From IMG/VR virus record IMGVR_UViG_3300003702_000449: 64,000 nt of DNA, one strand, 5' to 3'. This document shows, piece by piece, positions 18,978 through 28,279 of the stretch. The stretch comes from an uncultured virus (IMG/VR IMGVR_UViG_3300003702_000449). Taxonomy: Duplodnaviria; Heunggongvirae; Uroviricota; Caudoviricetes. The notes beneath the pieces are model-generated. The model was not told the DNA's origin. It did no database searches and worked only from the letters and a program-made list of their open reading frames with translations. Numbering within the stretch: the stretch's first letter is position 1; the number at the start of each line of letters is the position of its first letter. The position numbers were made by a program, and so were the translations under genes.

Positions 18978-19970
18978 TTATACCTTTTCTTCTTTAGGAG
19001 TATAAATATGTTCTGTATATAAGTTTGGGAGAAGAGCCTCTAACTGTAAAGTTAAATCAAATTCCAGAAATGTCTCTGCATAACCAGAAACAGCTCTTGA
19101 GACTGCTACATAATATACATTCATCTCCTCATCAATATCTGACCATCTCTTTCGTTTGAAAGGTTGCCATCCATGTAAAATAACATTAGAGAACTCAAGA
19201 CCTTTTGCTTTATGAATAGTAGAAATTCTAATGCCTGTACTACCAAAAAATCTATGTTCACGTCTACCTGACACACGAATAGAATGACCTATCTTCTGAC
19301 TTTTAAGTATCTCACTTACTGATTGAACAGCATCATTGGATCTACATAAAATAGAAGTTAGACCATTCTCATTAGTACCTGCTGATTTAGTGCCCCTAGG
19401 ATAAATTGTATTTAGTCTATCGCAAATCCTTTGGGTGGAACGATAGTTATTTTTAAGCTCAAATAACTTACAGTTTGACTGCCTTAAAATAGATAAGGCA
19501 TCAGACCCCATTGCTCCCCCATAACCATAAATACTTTGATAAGGATCACCTACTGCAAATATATTACCACCAGGTTTTACTAGAGATAAGGTTACTTCCA
19601 TCTGTTCAGGAGTTAGGTCCTGGACTTCATCTACTAAAACCCACTGGAATTTTTCTTTGCGGCCTCCCATTAAGTACCTTACTAATAAATCATCATGGTC
19701 CTTTTCCCAACCTACTACAGAGTGACAAAAGGAATGAATAGTACCAGCAAGTATACCAGGAGTCCTATCTCTAATTTCTTGGGCTGCAGCTCTAGTAAAG
19801 GTTAAACAAAGGACATCTCTAATACCTTCATCGAAAAGATATTCTGCCTTTGCAACTAAGGCTCTTGTCTTACCAGAACCAGGACCAGCTATACAGATAG
19901 TACTTGTGGGATGTACTACCGCATCGTGCTGGTCCTGGTCCAGTCCCCCTAGGAAAGATTCATCTATCAT
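18978..19970 (-). CDS. short UvrD/Rep-like SF1 helicase
   Basis: AGPGSGKT, LTFTRAAA, TIHSF, VDEVQD, VGDPYQSIY, NYRS, TIHKAKGLEF, YVAVSRA. Confidence 0.9.
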   Translation of the reverse strand: MIDESFLGGLDQDQHDAVVHPTSTICIAGPGSGKTRALVAKAEYLFDEGIRDVLCLTFTRAAAQEIRDRTPGILAGTIHSFCHSVVGWEKDHDDLLVRYLMGGRKEKFQWVLVDEVQDLTPEQMEVTLSLVKPGGNIFAVGDPYQSIYGYGGAMGSDALSILRQSNCKLFELKNNYRSTQRICDRLNTIYPRGTKSAGTNENGLTSILCRSNDAVQSVSEILKSQKIGHSIRVSGRREHRFFGSTGIRISTIHKAKGLEFSNVILHGWQPFKRKRWSDIDEEMNVYYVAVSRAVSGYAETFLEFDLTLQLEALLPNLYTEHIYTPKEEKV

Positions 19971-20174
19971 AGAGTACGAAGGTGCTCTAGATTCCTAGAT
20001 GGCCAAGGTAAACTCCCTACTCTAGTTTTTCTAGTCTTCTTAGGTTTTTCATCTGTTTCTATAGGTTTAGGTGGTGCCAATACTTGAACTGGAGTTACTT
20101 CAACATGACCTGATCCATTACAGGTTGGACATGGATGTAGCATCATTCCCCCTTCTTATTTTCATTTCTTTTAG

Positions 20175-20328
20175 ATCCTGGGCTGTTGATGACCGCGATT
20201 ACGGCTGGCCCCACACGCGACGGGAGGTAGTTTAGGGGAGGTAACCCTATGCCAGTTTCCCGACCAACAGCCCAGGATACTATTAAGAGGTTCTGAAGGC
20301 TCGGAGTGATCCCTTACCTTCAGAATCT
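20175..20328. ncRNA. candidate structured RNA (two long hairpins with SD / anti-SD-like loops)
   Basis: Perfect 14-bp inverted repeat 20175-20188/20265-20278 enclosing sub-stems; 9-bp inverted repeat 20291-20299/20317-20325. Confidence 0.5.
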
Positions 20329-20333
20329 ATTAC

Positions 20334-20864
20334 TTAAACGGAACTGATCTCCGCCCATTGGTCTGCATGCCTTACCCGATTAACTCGGGCCCGCCAAGTT
20401 CCACTGTCCTTCGGATACTCATCCAAAGTAGTGTTTACTACGCAGGTGCGACCAACATAGTTTTCAGGAACGATCTTGAAGTTACCCCCGTCCTTCATTG
20501 CTTTGGGATCTTCGCCCAGCGCAGTCAACACGTTGAACAAGTTGAACAGAGCGTGCGCCTGTGTGGACATATCGGTCCTAAGCGAGCGACCTTGGAACTC
20601 CTCTGGCTCCTGAATTACGTAAGTGATAGTCATCTTACCCTGACCAGCCCTGGACTTCCCACTGCTGAAGTCTTTTACCATGCAAAGGTAATCATCTTCA
20701 GGAAGGGTAGCCAGTTCAGTTACGGTACTGAAGTCTATTACTAGTCCGTCTCCACTCTCTTCAAGAGAATCAACGGGAATGGGTTCGTCTTGTGCTTTCC
20801 GGGTAGTCATAATGCTTATATCCTCATCGGCCTTAGCCGGTATATTAATAGGCACCTCTTTCAA
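20334..20864 (-). CDS. phage single-stranded DNA-binding protein (DUF669-like)
   Basis: DFS..TELA.LPEDDY...V......S..G..K...Y.I...EF.GR pattern; close to Rad52/Sak. Confidence 0.7.
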   Translation of the reverse strand: MKEVPINIPAKADEDISIMTTRKAQDEPIPVDSLEESGDGLVIDFSTVTELATLPEDDYLCMVKDFSSGKSRAGQGKMTITYVIQEPEEFQGRSLRTDMSTQAHALFNLFNVLTALGEDPKAMKDGGNFKIVPENYVGRTCVVNTTLDEYPKDSGTWRARVNRVRHADQWAEISSV

Positions 20865-20879
20865 CGTACCTCGGGTTAA

Positions 20880-21239
20880 TTATACCCCCTCCTTATAGCA
20901 GACCTGAACTTCAGGATTATCATGCTCTACAAGGTCATCAATGCACTCTTGTCTAGTCATAGTAACTCTATCGCCACTTGGTACTTCCAGTTCAGTCTCT
21001 TCATCCTCAACTGTATCCTCAGGATCTACGTAACTAAAACTATCTCCGTCTACTTGAACTGAATGCCACTCAGTAGGATTGTCTCCTATATTTATCCAAA
21101 AGGCAGTTGAATTAAACATTGCTTGAGCTTTTTCTTCAGGAGTCCCTTCAACTACTGTCCAGGTTGTTATACCATTTTCTACTTGCTGATTTTGCCATGC
21201 CAGAAAGGCATTCAGATGTTCCTCGTTAATATTAACCAC
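20880..21239 (-). CDS. acidic hypothetical protein
   Basis: Likely GTG start at 21239 after GGAGG. Confidence 0.55.
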   Translation of the reverse strand: MVNINEEHLNAFLAWQNQQVENGITTWTVVEGTPEEKAQAMFNSTAFWINIGDNPTEWHSVQVDGDSFSYVDPEDTVEDEETELEVPSGDRVTMTRQECIDDLVEHDNPEVQVCYKEGV

Positions 21240-21453
21240 TTTGGCCCCCTCCAAATATCTTATCTTGATCTTCTTGACACATTCCACTCTGGAAGTATTC
21301 CTTAACTGAAAGACCATCTCTTAAATCAGAATTAGGATTAACTGCCTTTCCACATAGAGGACACTTACCTATTTTAACTGCATCCTCAGGAGACAAACCT
21401 TGAGGTGATACTCCTCTAAGAAGATTCTGGAGTCCTAAAGGTCGTTCAGGCAT
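21232..21453 (-). CDS. small Zn-finger-like phage protein
   Basis: CPLCG...RD.LS.KEY..SGMCQ..QD.IF. Confidence 0.6.
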   Translation of the reverse strand: MPERPLGLQNLLRGVSPQGLSPEDAVKIGKCPLCGKAVNPNSDLRDGLSVKEYFQSGMCQEDQDKIFGGGQSG

Positions 21454-22186
21454 TGGTTGTCTCCTTTTGACGTTCAGTGTCCATTTTAACCAGTTTCTGC
21501 AGCACCTTATTCATCTGCATTTCTGTAAGATCTTCCATGGTAATTTTATCTGGATTTATATCCTTCTGTACCAGTATCCATTCTTTAAGAGCAGCTTCAT
21601 CCATATCCAGATTCTTTGCTCTCATAAGTACAACTTTGAATCTACCACTATCAAATCCAACTTCTGAAGCAGTACCATGGTCTCCATGGGTTCCATAGAT
21701 ATCTGCTGCTATACCAATTAAAGATCCTGCCTTCTTTAAAGCATCTGTAGATGCAGACTTGAGGTCATCAGCAATGTCAATTATCTTTCCACCACCACTC
21801 TGAGTCTTTATGTCTGCTCCACCATAGGCTTCTTTAGAAATCAATCCATCAGGTCCAGGTCCCATTCTAACAGTTAAGATCCCTCTAACCCAAACTTGAT
21901 TTTGTCCTACTTCTTCTTTATCAATGCGCCAAGACCACTGTCTTTGAAAAAGAGCGTTAAGTTGTTCTATCATCCAAGAACCAGACACATAGTTAAAGGT
22001 CATGCCCCCTCTACCTGGTCTTTGATATATAACATCCTTAGGAGTCTTTTTCTCAATAAGTGCCTCTAAAGCATTTTCAAAATCTTCTTGAGTTTTCTGA
22101 GCCCACTTTTCATAGTTCTTAGACTTAAGAATTAATCCAGTATAAGCCCCCTCCACTTCTTCCTTGTGCCCATTTTTGTTAGTCAT
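21446..22186 (-). CDS. Rad52/Rad22 (Sak-like) single-strand annealing protein
   Basis: RPGRGG..FNYV...IEQLN.LF...W; KSASTDALKKA..IG...D.Y. Confidence 0.85.
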   Translation of the reverse strand: MTNKNGHKEEVEGAYTGLILKSKNYEKWAQKTQEDFENALEALIEKKTPKDVIYQRPGRGGMTFNYVSGSWMIEQLNALFQRQWSWRIDKEEVGQNQVWVRGILTVRMGPGPDGLISKEAYGGADIKTQSGGGKIIDIADDLKSASTDALKKAGSLIGIAADIYGTHGDHGTASEVGFDSGRFKVVLMRAKNLDMDEAALKEWILVQKDINPDKITMEDLTEMQMNKVLQKLVKMDTERQKETTNA

Positions 22187-22409
22187 TAAAAGCCTTCTCC
22201 AAAAGTAATTCCTCTGAGGAAATAGAACGAGTTCGAACTTTAGTTCTTAGTACACTTAGAGATAAGTCTACTTCAGGATTATCTGCTTGAAAAGCATTAA
22301 GTGCAAGAGTGACTGCCCTTGCTCTCTGTAAGACCTGGAATCTATAAGTAGAGCCTAAGAGGGTGACCTCCCACACCGAATTTAACAACAGTATATTCTC
22401 GTTCATCAT
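22179..22409 (-). CDS. hypothetical protein, probably leaderless
   Basis: ATG lies 6 nt downstream of the -10 box. Confidence 0.55.
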   Translation of the reverse strand: MMNENILLLNSVWEVTLLGSTYRFQVLQRARAVTLALNAFQADNPEVDLSLSVLRTKVRTRSISSEELLLEKAFND

Positions 22410-22415
22410 ACCTCT

Positions 22416-22444
22416 ATCATAGCATCTGTTATAAAGAATGTCAA
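22416..22444 (-). promoter_or_regulatory. sigma70-type promoter TTGACA-N17-TATGAT with extended -10
   Basis: Minus strand TTGACA ttctttataacagatgc TATGAT; heads the recombination/replication operon. Confidence 0.8.
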
Positions 22445-22530
22445 CCAGAAGGTTATTCAGACTATTATTGAAGAATTTACAACAGTACCTTATTAAAATT
22501 TGTCAATAATTAAAAAAATACATAAGACCT
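22416..22530. repeat. ~115 bp promoter-containing intergenic module, copy B
   Basis: Colinear with 519-636. Confidence 0.7.
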
Positions 22531-22566
22531 GTCAACTCAAGGGGGATAGAGAAGACAGGCCCTATG
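22510..22566 (-). terminator. intrinsic terminator
   Basis: 13-bp stem CATAGGGCCTGTC/GACAGGTCTTATG (2 G-U) followed by TATTTTTTT; the loop is large (20 nt). Confidence 0.6.
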
Positions 22567-22601
22567 TATGCAGGAGAGGAGTTAGAAACTATCTATATTT
22601 A

Positions 22602-22700
22602 CTAGCGCTTGTAGCGTTTAACTGTGACTCTCTTTTTAGCTTTGCGACCTTTGACCTTTCGCATAACTGTATATCCACTAACGGATTTCTTAGCCATCAT
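22602..22700 (-). CDS. 32-aa highly basic peptide (not in ORF track)
   Basis: MMAKKSVSGYTVMRKVKGRKAKKRVTVKRYKR preceded by GGGAGGT. Confidence 0.65.
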   Translation of the reverse strand: MMAKKSVSGYTVMRKVKGRKAKKRVTVKRYKR

Positions 22701-22973
22701 TTACCTCCCGTCTACTAAACTAACTTTTCCATCCAATATAATCTGCTTATACGTTGAGCCTTTGAGGCCTGTAGTATAGCCTTCAAAATCCTGAAGGAAA
22801 TAATCTAGGTCCATTTCGTCTAAAGGCTCATTCTCATCAACATACTTTAGTAGATGATACTCAATAAAACCTGTAGCACTAACATGGATTCTAAGAGCAG
22901 GGTCTCCGAGCTCCATGTCCCTACCTAGTTTATTAAGTCTTTGCCTACCTCTCTGTGTTATTAGAAACTGCAT
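22701..22973 (-). CDS. permuted winged-helix family member
   Basis: N-term FLITQRGR; C-term IILDGKVSL. Confidence 0.55.
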   Translation of the reverse strand: MQFLITQRGRQRLNKLGRDMELGDPALRIHVSATGFIEYHLLKYVDENEPLDEMDLDYFLQDFEGYTTGLKGSTYKQIILDGKVSLVDGR

Positions 22974-23401
22974 TAGCTCAGATCTACTAAACCCTGCTGA
23001 TTCATAGTTATCAGGGTTATATTTATTTCGTGGTCTAAGTCTTTCTTCCCTGGAATCTGTTTAACTAAATCTGCTTTTAACTGAGCTATTGGTAAACTAT
23101 TCATTGCCTTAGCCCCATAAAATACTTTACCTATATAGTTAAATACACCTTTATTAGCTTCCATACTTGCACCAGAATTATAGGCTTCATGGTCCACAGA
23201 TTTCCAGCCTTCTTGATATTCTCTAAGATCTACTGCTTTCTGAATCTGGGTAGATCCACCTAGTCCTCCTGTAGGAGCTTCTAGTGTAGTACCATAAGTT
23301 GTCCACTCTCCACCCAGAGTACTTCCACTGGATGCAACTCCTTGAGGCTCTGGTCTACTATAAACCTGCTTGGTTCGTACCAGCTTATGGTGCAAAGGCA
23401 T
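22973..23401 (-). CDS. EYQExWK / FNxxGxxFY paralog family member
   Basis: Shares motifs with 29003-29356 and 29357-29731. Confidence 0.6.
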   Translation of the reverse strand: MPLHHKLVRTKQVYSRPEPQGVASSGSTLGGEWTTYGTTLEAPTGGLGGSTQIQKAVDLREYQEGWKSVDHEAYNSGASMEANKGVFNYIGKVFYGAKAMNSLPIAQLKADLVKQIPGKKDLDHEINITLITMNQQGLVDLS

Positions 23402-23742
23402 TAGAAGTGATCCTTAAAATCACTCATAAACTCTGGGGGCTCTTCATCTTCAGAAATAGTGATATGATCTGTTACTTCTAACATCCTTATAATGCCTCCT
23501 AAGAGGACTGCAACCTCAGGAGCTCCGGCAGTAGGAGATGCTCCTCTCTGATAGGAAATACTAGAAGCAAATTCTTCTATCATCTCATCTTCACCTGCTC
23601 CATTTTTAATCATAGTTAAGACATGGAGCATCATCATTTGAGTCTGTCGGTTATTCTGAAACCTGGCTGCACTAGCAGGAAGCTCTATCCTCATATTATC
23701 TAAAGCTCTAGTACCCTTGCTAGTTAATTGATAGTCTTTCAT
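23401..23742 (-). CDS. permuted winged-helix family member
   Basis: YQLTSKGT...; tail EDEEPPEFMSDFKDHF shared with 24138-24455. Confidence 0.6.
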   Translation of the reverse strand: MKDYQLTSKGTRALDNMRIELPASAARFQNNRQTQMMMLHVLTMIKNGAGEDEMIEEFASSISYQRGASPTAGAPEVAVLLGGIIRMLEVTDHITISEDEEPPEFMSDFKDHF

Positions 23743-23748
23743 AAAGCA

Positions 23749-24138
23749 CTAGTAATCCTGACCTGGTGGCATTTCATAAATATCTATTTCAGGTTCAGGG
23801 GCATAATAAGTGTCTACTAAATAGTCCGTTAAAACTTTGTTTTTAGGACCCCATTCACGGATATTTATCCTACTAAAGTCATAAGAAGGAACATCTCTTA
23901 TATTTTCAATATACCACTCTACAGTAGCAGGACTATCTAGGGAAATACCTCCAGCTACATAGGATCGACGTTTAAAACTTTCCCCAGGTCTGTCTGGGTG
24001 TATGTATAGTTCCTCACCCTTTCCTAGTTGGGACTGGTATGCCCTATAATGCCTCATAAGGGGATTGATAGCTTTAGAAACTAGAACCGCCTTTTCTCCA
24101 TTTCTTATTGCTTCATGTTTAAGTTCATCAAGTAACAT
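23749..24138 (-). CDS. hypothetical protein
   Basis: Coupled ORF. Confidence 0.55.
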   Translation of the reverse strand: MLLDELKHEAIRNGEKAVLVSKAINPLMRHYRAYQSQLGKGEELYIHPDRPGESFKRRSYVAGGISLDSPATVEWYIENIRDVPSYDFSRINIREWGPKNKVLTDYLVDTYYAPEPEIDIYEMPPGQDY

Positions 24139-24455
24139 TAGAAATGGTCCTTAAAATCACTAAAGGCTTCAGGAGGCTCTTCATCTTCACAAGGTATCCA
24201 TCTTAGATGTCCAGTACTTACTAAGTAGTTAACTAAACTCTCAAATAAGGCATCAGCAGATTGAATATCTATATGACCTATTTCAACTGCGTCCGTAACC
24301 ATATCACTAACTGAATGACCTGCTCTAGTCATGGCTAACACTGCCAATAATTGAACCTTAGCACTCTGAGGTAACTGAGGAGGAGTCTCAATATCTCTAT
24401 CTTCTAAAACCTTTCTGCCCTTCTCAGTTAATTCAACCTCATTATAACTATGCAT
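24138..24455 (-). CDS. permuted winged-helix family member
   Basis: VELTEKGR...VNYLVSTGHL; tail EDEEPPEAFSDFKDHF. Confidence 0.6.
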   Translation of the reverse strand: MHSYNEVELTEKGRKVLEDRDIETPPQLPQSAKVQLLAVLAMTRAGHSVSDMVTDAVEIGHIDIQSADALFESLVNYLVSTGHLRWIPCEDEEPPEAFSDFKDHF

Positions 24456-24790
24456 TAGTGTTGTTGACTATGTCCTGGTGCGAACCAAGCTTGACATTCC
24501 TCACACCATTCTTGACCTTGGGCCCCAGGATGGGTACTACCATAAACACGGTCATAGAACTTAGTACCCTTTTCATAGAGGTCACAGATCTCATGAGTCT
24601 TTATTTGACCTTCAACTAAAGCACAAGCTCCTGTAGTCAAGGAACCTCCTTTAGTACGCATATGACCTAGCCAGTTCTCACATAGACTACATTGTTCTAG
24701 TTCCTTAGGCTGAGCCCACCTTAAATTGACACTTCTCTGAGAAACCTTTCCCTCATCATCGTACTCATCATAAGTTCTTTCGTAAGGCAT
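24455..24790 (-). CDS. HiPIP-like 4-Cys protein
   Basis: CSLCENW...CALVEGQI....ICDLY. Confidence 0.55.
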   Translation of the reverse strand: MPYERTYDEYDDEGKVSQRSVNLRWAQPKELEQCSLCENWLGHMRTKGGSLTTGACALVEGQIKTHEICDLYEKGTKFYDRVYGSTHPGAQGQEWCEECQAWFAPGHSQQH

Positions 24791-25113
24791 TATCTGCCTC
24801 TTCTCTCATAGAAGTTATCCCTAGGATTAGAACTTATATATCTACTAGCTTCAGCCATAGCCCATACTCTAGCAGCTATATGAGGGTCTGTATTCCTGCC
24901 TAAAGAAGCTTCCATTTCATGAAGGTAATCCCTCTTAGTCCAAGGTTTAGACATTAGTTCATTTAAAGCATATAGATCATTACTAATGTCTATGCCATCA
25001 AAATCTCTCGATCCTAATTTACTTGTTGCTACTTCCATTCCAGTATTGGTAGGATAGTAAATAGTCCCATCACCTTCTGCAGCTGGGAAAATATTTGATT
25101 GTCTAGTAGTCAT
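24790..25113 (-). CDS. permuted winged-helix family member (YPT subgroup)
   Basis: YYPTNTG...ASRYISSNPRD. Confidence 0.45.
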   Translation of the reverse strand: MTTRQSNIFPAAEGDGTIYYPTNTGMEVATSKLGSRDFDGIDISNDLYALNELMSKPWTKRDYLHEMEASLGRNTDPHIAARVWAMAEASRYISSNPRDNFYERRGR

Positions 25114-25466
25114 TAGCTTTCAATTTCCTTACTAGCATCTGTACTTATATTACCTGCTGCTAGATGTTCTGCTGCCCAAATTTCAGCTGCATGGTGGTCT
25201 TGCATAGTTTGTCTGCTATTAAAGAGGTCATTAGTTCTATCTACATAACCAGCTCTAGTCTTGGGCTCTTGCTCAAATAAAGCATCATCCCATAATTCAA
25301 ACTGAGTGTTACCACCCATAAAGGAGCTGGAGTTTAGATAGTAGTGGTTTCCTTTTTCAGTGACGTAGTACCGTCTACCGTACATAAGATCACTCCATCC
25401 CCCTTTCCCATAGTAAGGATGGTCAGATCCAGGACTACCAAGTACTGGTCCACGTCTATCTGGCAT
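25113..25466 (-). CDS. permuted winged-helix family member
   Basis: YYVTEKGN...HLAAGNIST. Confidence 0.5.
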   Translation of the reverse strand: MPDRRGPVLGSPGSDHPYYGKGGWSDLMYGRRYYVTEKGNHYYLNSSSFMGGNTQFELWDDALFEQEPKTRAGYVDRTNDLFNSRQTMQDHHAAEIWAAEHLAAGNISTDASKEIES

Positions 25467-25786
25467 TAGCCCCCAACTTCTCCAACTACAGCTCTTTGAA
25501 CATACCCATAGCCTATAAGTCTATCTATAGCTTCTCTTACAAGCATAGGTCCACCAGTACCAGGAGTTCTTATAACTTCCTGTTCATCTACTGGAACACC
25601 AGGTTGTCCATTAGTAAAGTGACTAATAACACTAAGGACTCCTAGAACAGTGGGATTCATAGCTCTAGGAGCTGGTCTAAGTCCACCAGCTACTGCTACT
25701 CCAGTATCAGTCATAACAACTACTGTTTGTCGGCCCTCATTCTCATCAAAGCCCAAACCGTCAAAATCTGCATCTTGTAATACCAT
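25466..25786 (-). CDS. permuted winged-helix family member
   Basis: VVMTDTG...IDRLIGYGYVQR. Confidence 0.55.
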   Translation of the reverse strand: MVLQDADFDGLGFDENEGRQTVVVMTDTGVAVAGGLRPAPRAMNPTVLGVLSVISHFTNGQPGVPVDEQEVIRTPGTGGPMLVREAIDRLIGYGYVQRAVVGEVGG

Positions 25787-25795
25787 TACTATCTC

Positions 25796-26572
25796 CTAAA
25801 GACCTTTAGTTCCACCATGATGTTTTCTAGCAGCTCTTATAGCGTCTGTCTTACTATAACCTAAGGCCTCTAGAATTTCTATAGCTGCATTTATCTGCAT
25901 TTCTGTCCAAACAGACTTACCAGTTTCATCCCTAGTGCCTTTAGCCTCTGCTATGAAGTCCTTTACTTCTTGGCTTCTTAAGGACCTGCGCTTAGCAGCA
26001 TCAATTCCTAAGTATGTCTCATGGAAGGTTGGGAATATCTCAGTCAGGACCTGTTTATGCATCCGGCCTTTTGCAGTCCTAATCTTACCTTGAAGTTTCC
26101 TAGCGGCCTTAGCCTCTTCAGGACTACCAAATACCGTTTTAGGCCTACTGGTTACAGTAATACCAGCAGCCTCCATCTTAGCTATACCTTCTGCTTTCTT
26201 CGTCTGGTACCTAGCAGCTCTGTCTATCTTTATCTGCTCAGGACTTCTGTCAGCCTTCTTAGGACCACGTTTCTTCTTATGACCTAAGAGGTATTGGATC
26301 TGTCTCCTCTTCTGAGCCATATCCAGATTAGGATTTTCCATAATGGCTGCAAGTTGACCCTTAAGGCCACTTTCATCTACTTCCTCTTCACTAACACCAA
26401 ATTGGGCCTCAAACATGCCCCAGTTAACTTCAAGAGTAGATCTTTGGGGCACAGATCCAAAGGCTAGTGGTGGTCTTTGGACATGACTTATCTCAATTTC
26501 GCCATTATCCTCATTTCCGTTACCATTACCATTACCGTTACCGTTGCCATTTCCAGTCTTCTTACGAGGCAT
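25796..26572 (-). CDS. basic protein with (GN)n tract and RuvA-CTD-like C-terminus
   Basis: GNGNGNGNGNGNGN; AAIEILEALGYSKTDAIRAA. Confidence 0.6.
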   Translation of the reverse strand: MPRKKTGNGNGNGNGNGNGNEDNGEIEISHVQRPPLAFGSVPQRSTLEVNWGMFEAQFGVSEEEVDESGLKGQLAAIMENPNLDMAQKRRQIQYLLGHKKKRGPKKADRSPEQIKIDRAARYQTKKAEGIAKMEAAGITVTSRPKTVFGSPEEAKAARKLQGKIRTAKGRMHKQVLTEIFPTFHETYLGIDAAKRRSLRSQEVKDFIAEAKGTRDETGKSVWTEMQINAAIEILEALGYSKTDAIRAARKHHGGTKGL

Positions 26573-26590
26573 TTTAACTATCCTTTGTGC

Positions 26591-28279
26591 TTAGATACGG
26601 CCAGAAAGCTGTTTTCTTCTTCTACTGCCAGTTACCTGTTTACGTTTGGTACCTGTACCAATAGGTCTACCAGTAAATGCAGGACGCTGTCCTAGACTAG
26701 TAACACCAGCTCTAGGAACCCTACCTTGAGACGTCCTTGTCCTTATACTTTGACTTATTCTATCAGTACCACCAACTGCTGCTTTAAGATCTCTACCATC
26801 TATAGGAGGAGAACTAACTGCTTGTAATTCCTGTTGAGGAGAAGTCGTAAGACCTGCAACTAGTCTAGGAGCAGAAGATCCAACTGGTCTAGGAGCACCT
26901 GGTACTCTGGGTACTGCACCTGCAGACCTAGCTGTAGCCGCACCACCACCTAAAGCAGCCTTAAGGGCACTGGGTCCACCTCTTTGTAAGTCAGTTAAGG
27001 CTTGAGTACCAGCTTCAGTAGACCTAACTTTCCTACCTACTGCAGTTCCTCCAGCTGACTTCCCCACCTTACTAGCTACTCCAGCTGCCTGCCCAATATA
27101 ACCCATTGCTTTCCGTCTTTTATCAGGAGAAGCTTCTCTGGCTGCACCTTCAGCAAGACCTTTTTCAGTCTTTACAACTGCAATATTCTTCTTATGACCT
27201 TCAATTAAGAGTTCTAATTCAGATAAAGTCTTCTTCTGACGACCAACTGGCATTGGCCTAGATCTGGCTTCTTTTCCTTGAGGAGCTTTCCCATACTGAG
27301 CTTCAAACTGAGATTTTTCTGAAGGAGACATCTGATCCCAAGTCTTCATGCTAGGTCCCTCAACAGGAATACCTAACCGTCTGGCTTCTGAATAAATCTC
27401 CTTTTCTCTTCTAATCTGTTCCCTTGCCTGGCCCCTAAACCGTTTCTTATAACTTCCAGGCAATTCATCCCAAGTATGCTCAGGAGGTATACTTGCACCC
27501 CCTTCTCTTTGAGCTCTCTCCTGGGCATCTCTTTCTAGCTTTTGGTCATATGCTGCTCTTTTACCCTTATCTCTAAGAGTTTCCCAAGCCTCATTAATCT
27601 GCTTGAAGATGTCTTCTGCCTCAGCAGTTTCATTATGGTCTGGATGATACATCTTAGCTTTTGCTCTAAAAGCTGCTTGTATCTTTTCAAAACTGTCTTT
27701 TCTATTTACACCTAATATAGTATAATAAGTTTCTATACTTTTATCTTCTTGAATACCAGGTATAAACTTTTCTCTACCCAAGACATCTTTTGCCATCTCT
27801 TGGGCTCTGCCTTCACTTAAGGCCCCTTCTTCCTTATGCTCACGGTAACGGTACCTTCCATAGGCAGCACCTGAGCCATACCAAGCTGCTTCTCCAGCTC
27901 TATGTTTCCACTTATCCCAGTCAACTCCTCCACCCTTAGAAGCTCTCCTTCTCCTTAGTTCCTTATTGGATCCACCACCACTACCATTATTGGTTCCATT
28001 TCCATCAGGTCCAGGTCCACCATTAGGACCATTCCCATTCTCGCCATTCAGCATGGACTTAAGCTTCTTTGGACCATTGGACTCTTTACGCCACTGGTTA
28101 TTAATAACCTGGTCTCGTTCTGAATCACTACCCTGGAAAGGTTTAACTCCAGGCCCTAGAACATTACCTATAGGACTGTCAGTAATTTCAAGAGGAGTTA
28201 TAGGACCCCCCTTTTTCTTACCATTACCATTACCATTTTTCTTGGCAAGAGACCCAACAGCAGGTAATGCCTTAACCAT
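26591..28279 (-). CDS. J-domain protein with long low-complexity basic arms
   Basis: YYTILGV...IQAAFRAKAKMYHPD...FKQINEAWETL.D..KR..YD at about 27545-27735. Confidence 0.85.
   Translation of the reverse strand: MVKALPAVGSLAKKNGNGNGKKKGGPITPLEITDSPIGNVLGPGVKPFQGSDSERDQVINNQWRKESNGPKKLKSMLNGENGNGPNGGPGPDGNGTNNGSGGGSNKELRRRRASKGGGVDWDKWKHRAGEAAWYGSGAAYGRYRYREHKEEGALSEGRAQEMAKDVLGREKFIPGIQEDKSIETYYTILGVNRKDSFEKIQAAFRAKAKMYHPDHNETAEAEDIFKQINEAWETLRDKGKRAAYDQKLERDAQERAQREGGASIPPEHTWDELPGSYKKRFRGQAREQIRREKEIYSEARRLGIPVEGPSMKTWDQMSPSEKSQFEAQYGKAPQGKEARSRPMPVGRQKKTLSELELLIEGHKKNIAVVKTEKGLAEGAAREASPDKRRKAMGYIGQAAGVASKVGKSAGGTAVGRKVRSTEAGTQALTDLQRGGPSALKAALGGGAATARSAGAVPRVPGAPRPVGSSAPRLVAGLTTSPQQELQAVSSPPIDGRDLKAAVGGTDRISQSIRTRTSQGRVPRAGVTSLGQRPAFTGRPIGTGTKRKQVTGSRRRKQLSGRI

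Noticed and set aside
20175..20278. tRNA or cobalamin riboswitch
   Set aside because: No T-loop GTTCRA or cloverleaf spacing, and no B12-box; kept only as an unclassified structured RNA.
20286..20300. AGAGGTTCT resembling the start of a preQ1-I riboswitch
   Set aside because: It is on the non-coding strand, lacks the closing stem and A-rich tail, and is one arm of a longer inverted repeat.
26510..26555. Short tandem repeat as a contingency locus or array
   Set aside because: It is an in-frame (Gly-Asn)n coding tract with synonymous variation.
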